64,000 nucleotides of DNA from Bacteroidaceae bacterium (GTDB taxonomy: Bacteria > Bacteroidota > Bacteroidia > Bacteroidales > Bacteroidaceae): positions 1,299 through 65,298 of the forward strand of contig JAZUKS010000084.1 of the NCBI GenBank assembly GCA_045643405.1, in the 5' to 3' direction. Shown here piece after piece: positions 63,523 to 64,000 of the stretch. Below the pieces are notes generated by a model. The model saw only the letters and a program-made list of their open reading frames with translations, was not told the DNA's origin and did not search any database. The translations under genes were made by a program, and so were the position numbers. Every line of letters begins with the position of its first letter. The first letter of the stretch is position 1.

Positions 63523-64000
63523 ATGCGATTAGGCGACATCATAGGACAGGAAGAGGTGAAGCAACGTCTGCTCAAGGACGTTGCCAACGACCGTGTGCCT
63601 CATGCCTTAATGCTTTGCGGACCGCGAGGAGCCGGAAAGATGCCCCTTGCATTGGCATTGGCACAAACGCTTCTCTGCGAGAATGCCGGTTCAAAGAAGG
63701 AGGCAGAACCCCAATTCGACATATTCGGCAACCCCATCCCTGCTGAAGGTGCTACAGTTGCCACAACCGAAGGAGGGACTGCCGACGGCACGAATACGGG
63801 CATCATGAATGGCGAAGCGTGCCACTCTTGCAAAGCGTGCAAGATGGTGGAGGCACTCTCCCACCCCGACCTGCACTTCTCGTTCCCTATCATCAAGAAG
63901 AAGAACAGCAGTTCGGCACCTATCTGCGATGACTACCTGAAGGAGTGGCGCGAGCAGTTGCAGGACAACACCTACTTCGACATCAACGACTGGCTGGAGG
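63523..64000 (+). CDS. holB: DNA polymerase III delta' subunit (HolB-like), N-terminal fragment running off the window
   Basis: Absent from the track (no stop in the window). The sequence is MRLGDIIGQEEVKQRLLKDVANDRVPHALMLCGPRGAGKMPLALALAQTLLC...CHSCKACKMVEALSHPDLHFSFPI, the AAA+ clamp-loader start with a Cys zinc module. Confidence 0.75.
   Translation, partial: MRLGDIIGQEEVKQRLLKDVANDRVPHALMLCGPRGAGKMPLALALAQTLLCENAGSKKEAEPQFDIFGNPIPAEGATVATTEGGTADGTNTGIMNGEACHSCKACKMVEALSHPDLHFSFPIIKKKNSSSAPICDDYLKEWREQLQDNTYFDINDWLE

Overview
Bacteroidales-type chromosomal segment, probably Prevotellaceae-like. The taxonomy is inferred from gene content (T9SS por operon, SusC/SusD, TAnnTTTG -7 promoter boxes), not from a search. 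I count about 42 protein-coding genes. I recognise no rRNA, tRNA, transposase, integrase or cas genes.

Layout:
- 1-15.9 kb: housekeeping and envelope genes. These are an acyl-CoA ligase fragment, a NahK-like kinase, a 961-aa MG2-like secreted protein, an M48 protease plus LemA, a metzincin-like protease, gltX, a PgpH-like 7TM-HD protein and priA.
- 15.9-22.4 kb: complete type IX secretion core operon porP-porK-porL-porM-porN on the minus strand.
- 24.8-36.3 kb: accessory-looking plus-strand block. It holds two giant T9SS-CTD cargo proteins (one an internally duplicated discoidin-type protein, one an M60-like HEXXH peptidase), a multi-pass membrane protein, and a PD40 beta-propeller lipoprotein with a single CXXCH.
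- 36.5-43.4 kb: nagB, a small AT-rich two-gene island between twin hairpins, glmM, about 1 kb without credible ORFs, and a membrane-anchored GH25-MORN muramidase.
- 43.7-54.5 kb: one minus-strand block with susC, susD, an exported URO-D-family protein, a DAACS transporter, a LuxR/NarL-type regulator and two PLP enzymes of sulfur amino-acid metabolism.
- 54.9-64 kb: a holin-like gene plus a 32-aa micro-ORF, GH3, a PBP-like protein, GH51, an LRR lipoprotein, metF and a holB fragment.

Most interesting signals:
1. Three paralogous ~100-nt promoter/operator modules carry a 7-2-7 palindrome (TACCAAA-NN-TTTGGTA). They sit in front of susC, the URO-D-like gene and the PBP-like gene, suggesting a local regulon, with the LuxR/NarL-type regulator as the obvious candidate.
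2. This SusCD locus has no CAZymes in its own block but does carry C-S lyase-type enzymes.
3. A 45-nt hairpin element occurs twice in inverted orientation and brackets that block.
4. Nearly every larger intergenic spacer holds its own short-period tandem word repeats (7, 8-9, 10-11, 19-20 nt units, plus 13 copies of CATAGT). One such array lies inside the T9SS operon between porL and porM.
5. A CRISPR-geometry repeat pair (30-36-30) has no cas genes nearby.

All functional calls rest on motif and family recognition by eye. No database search was possible.
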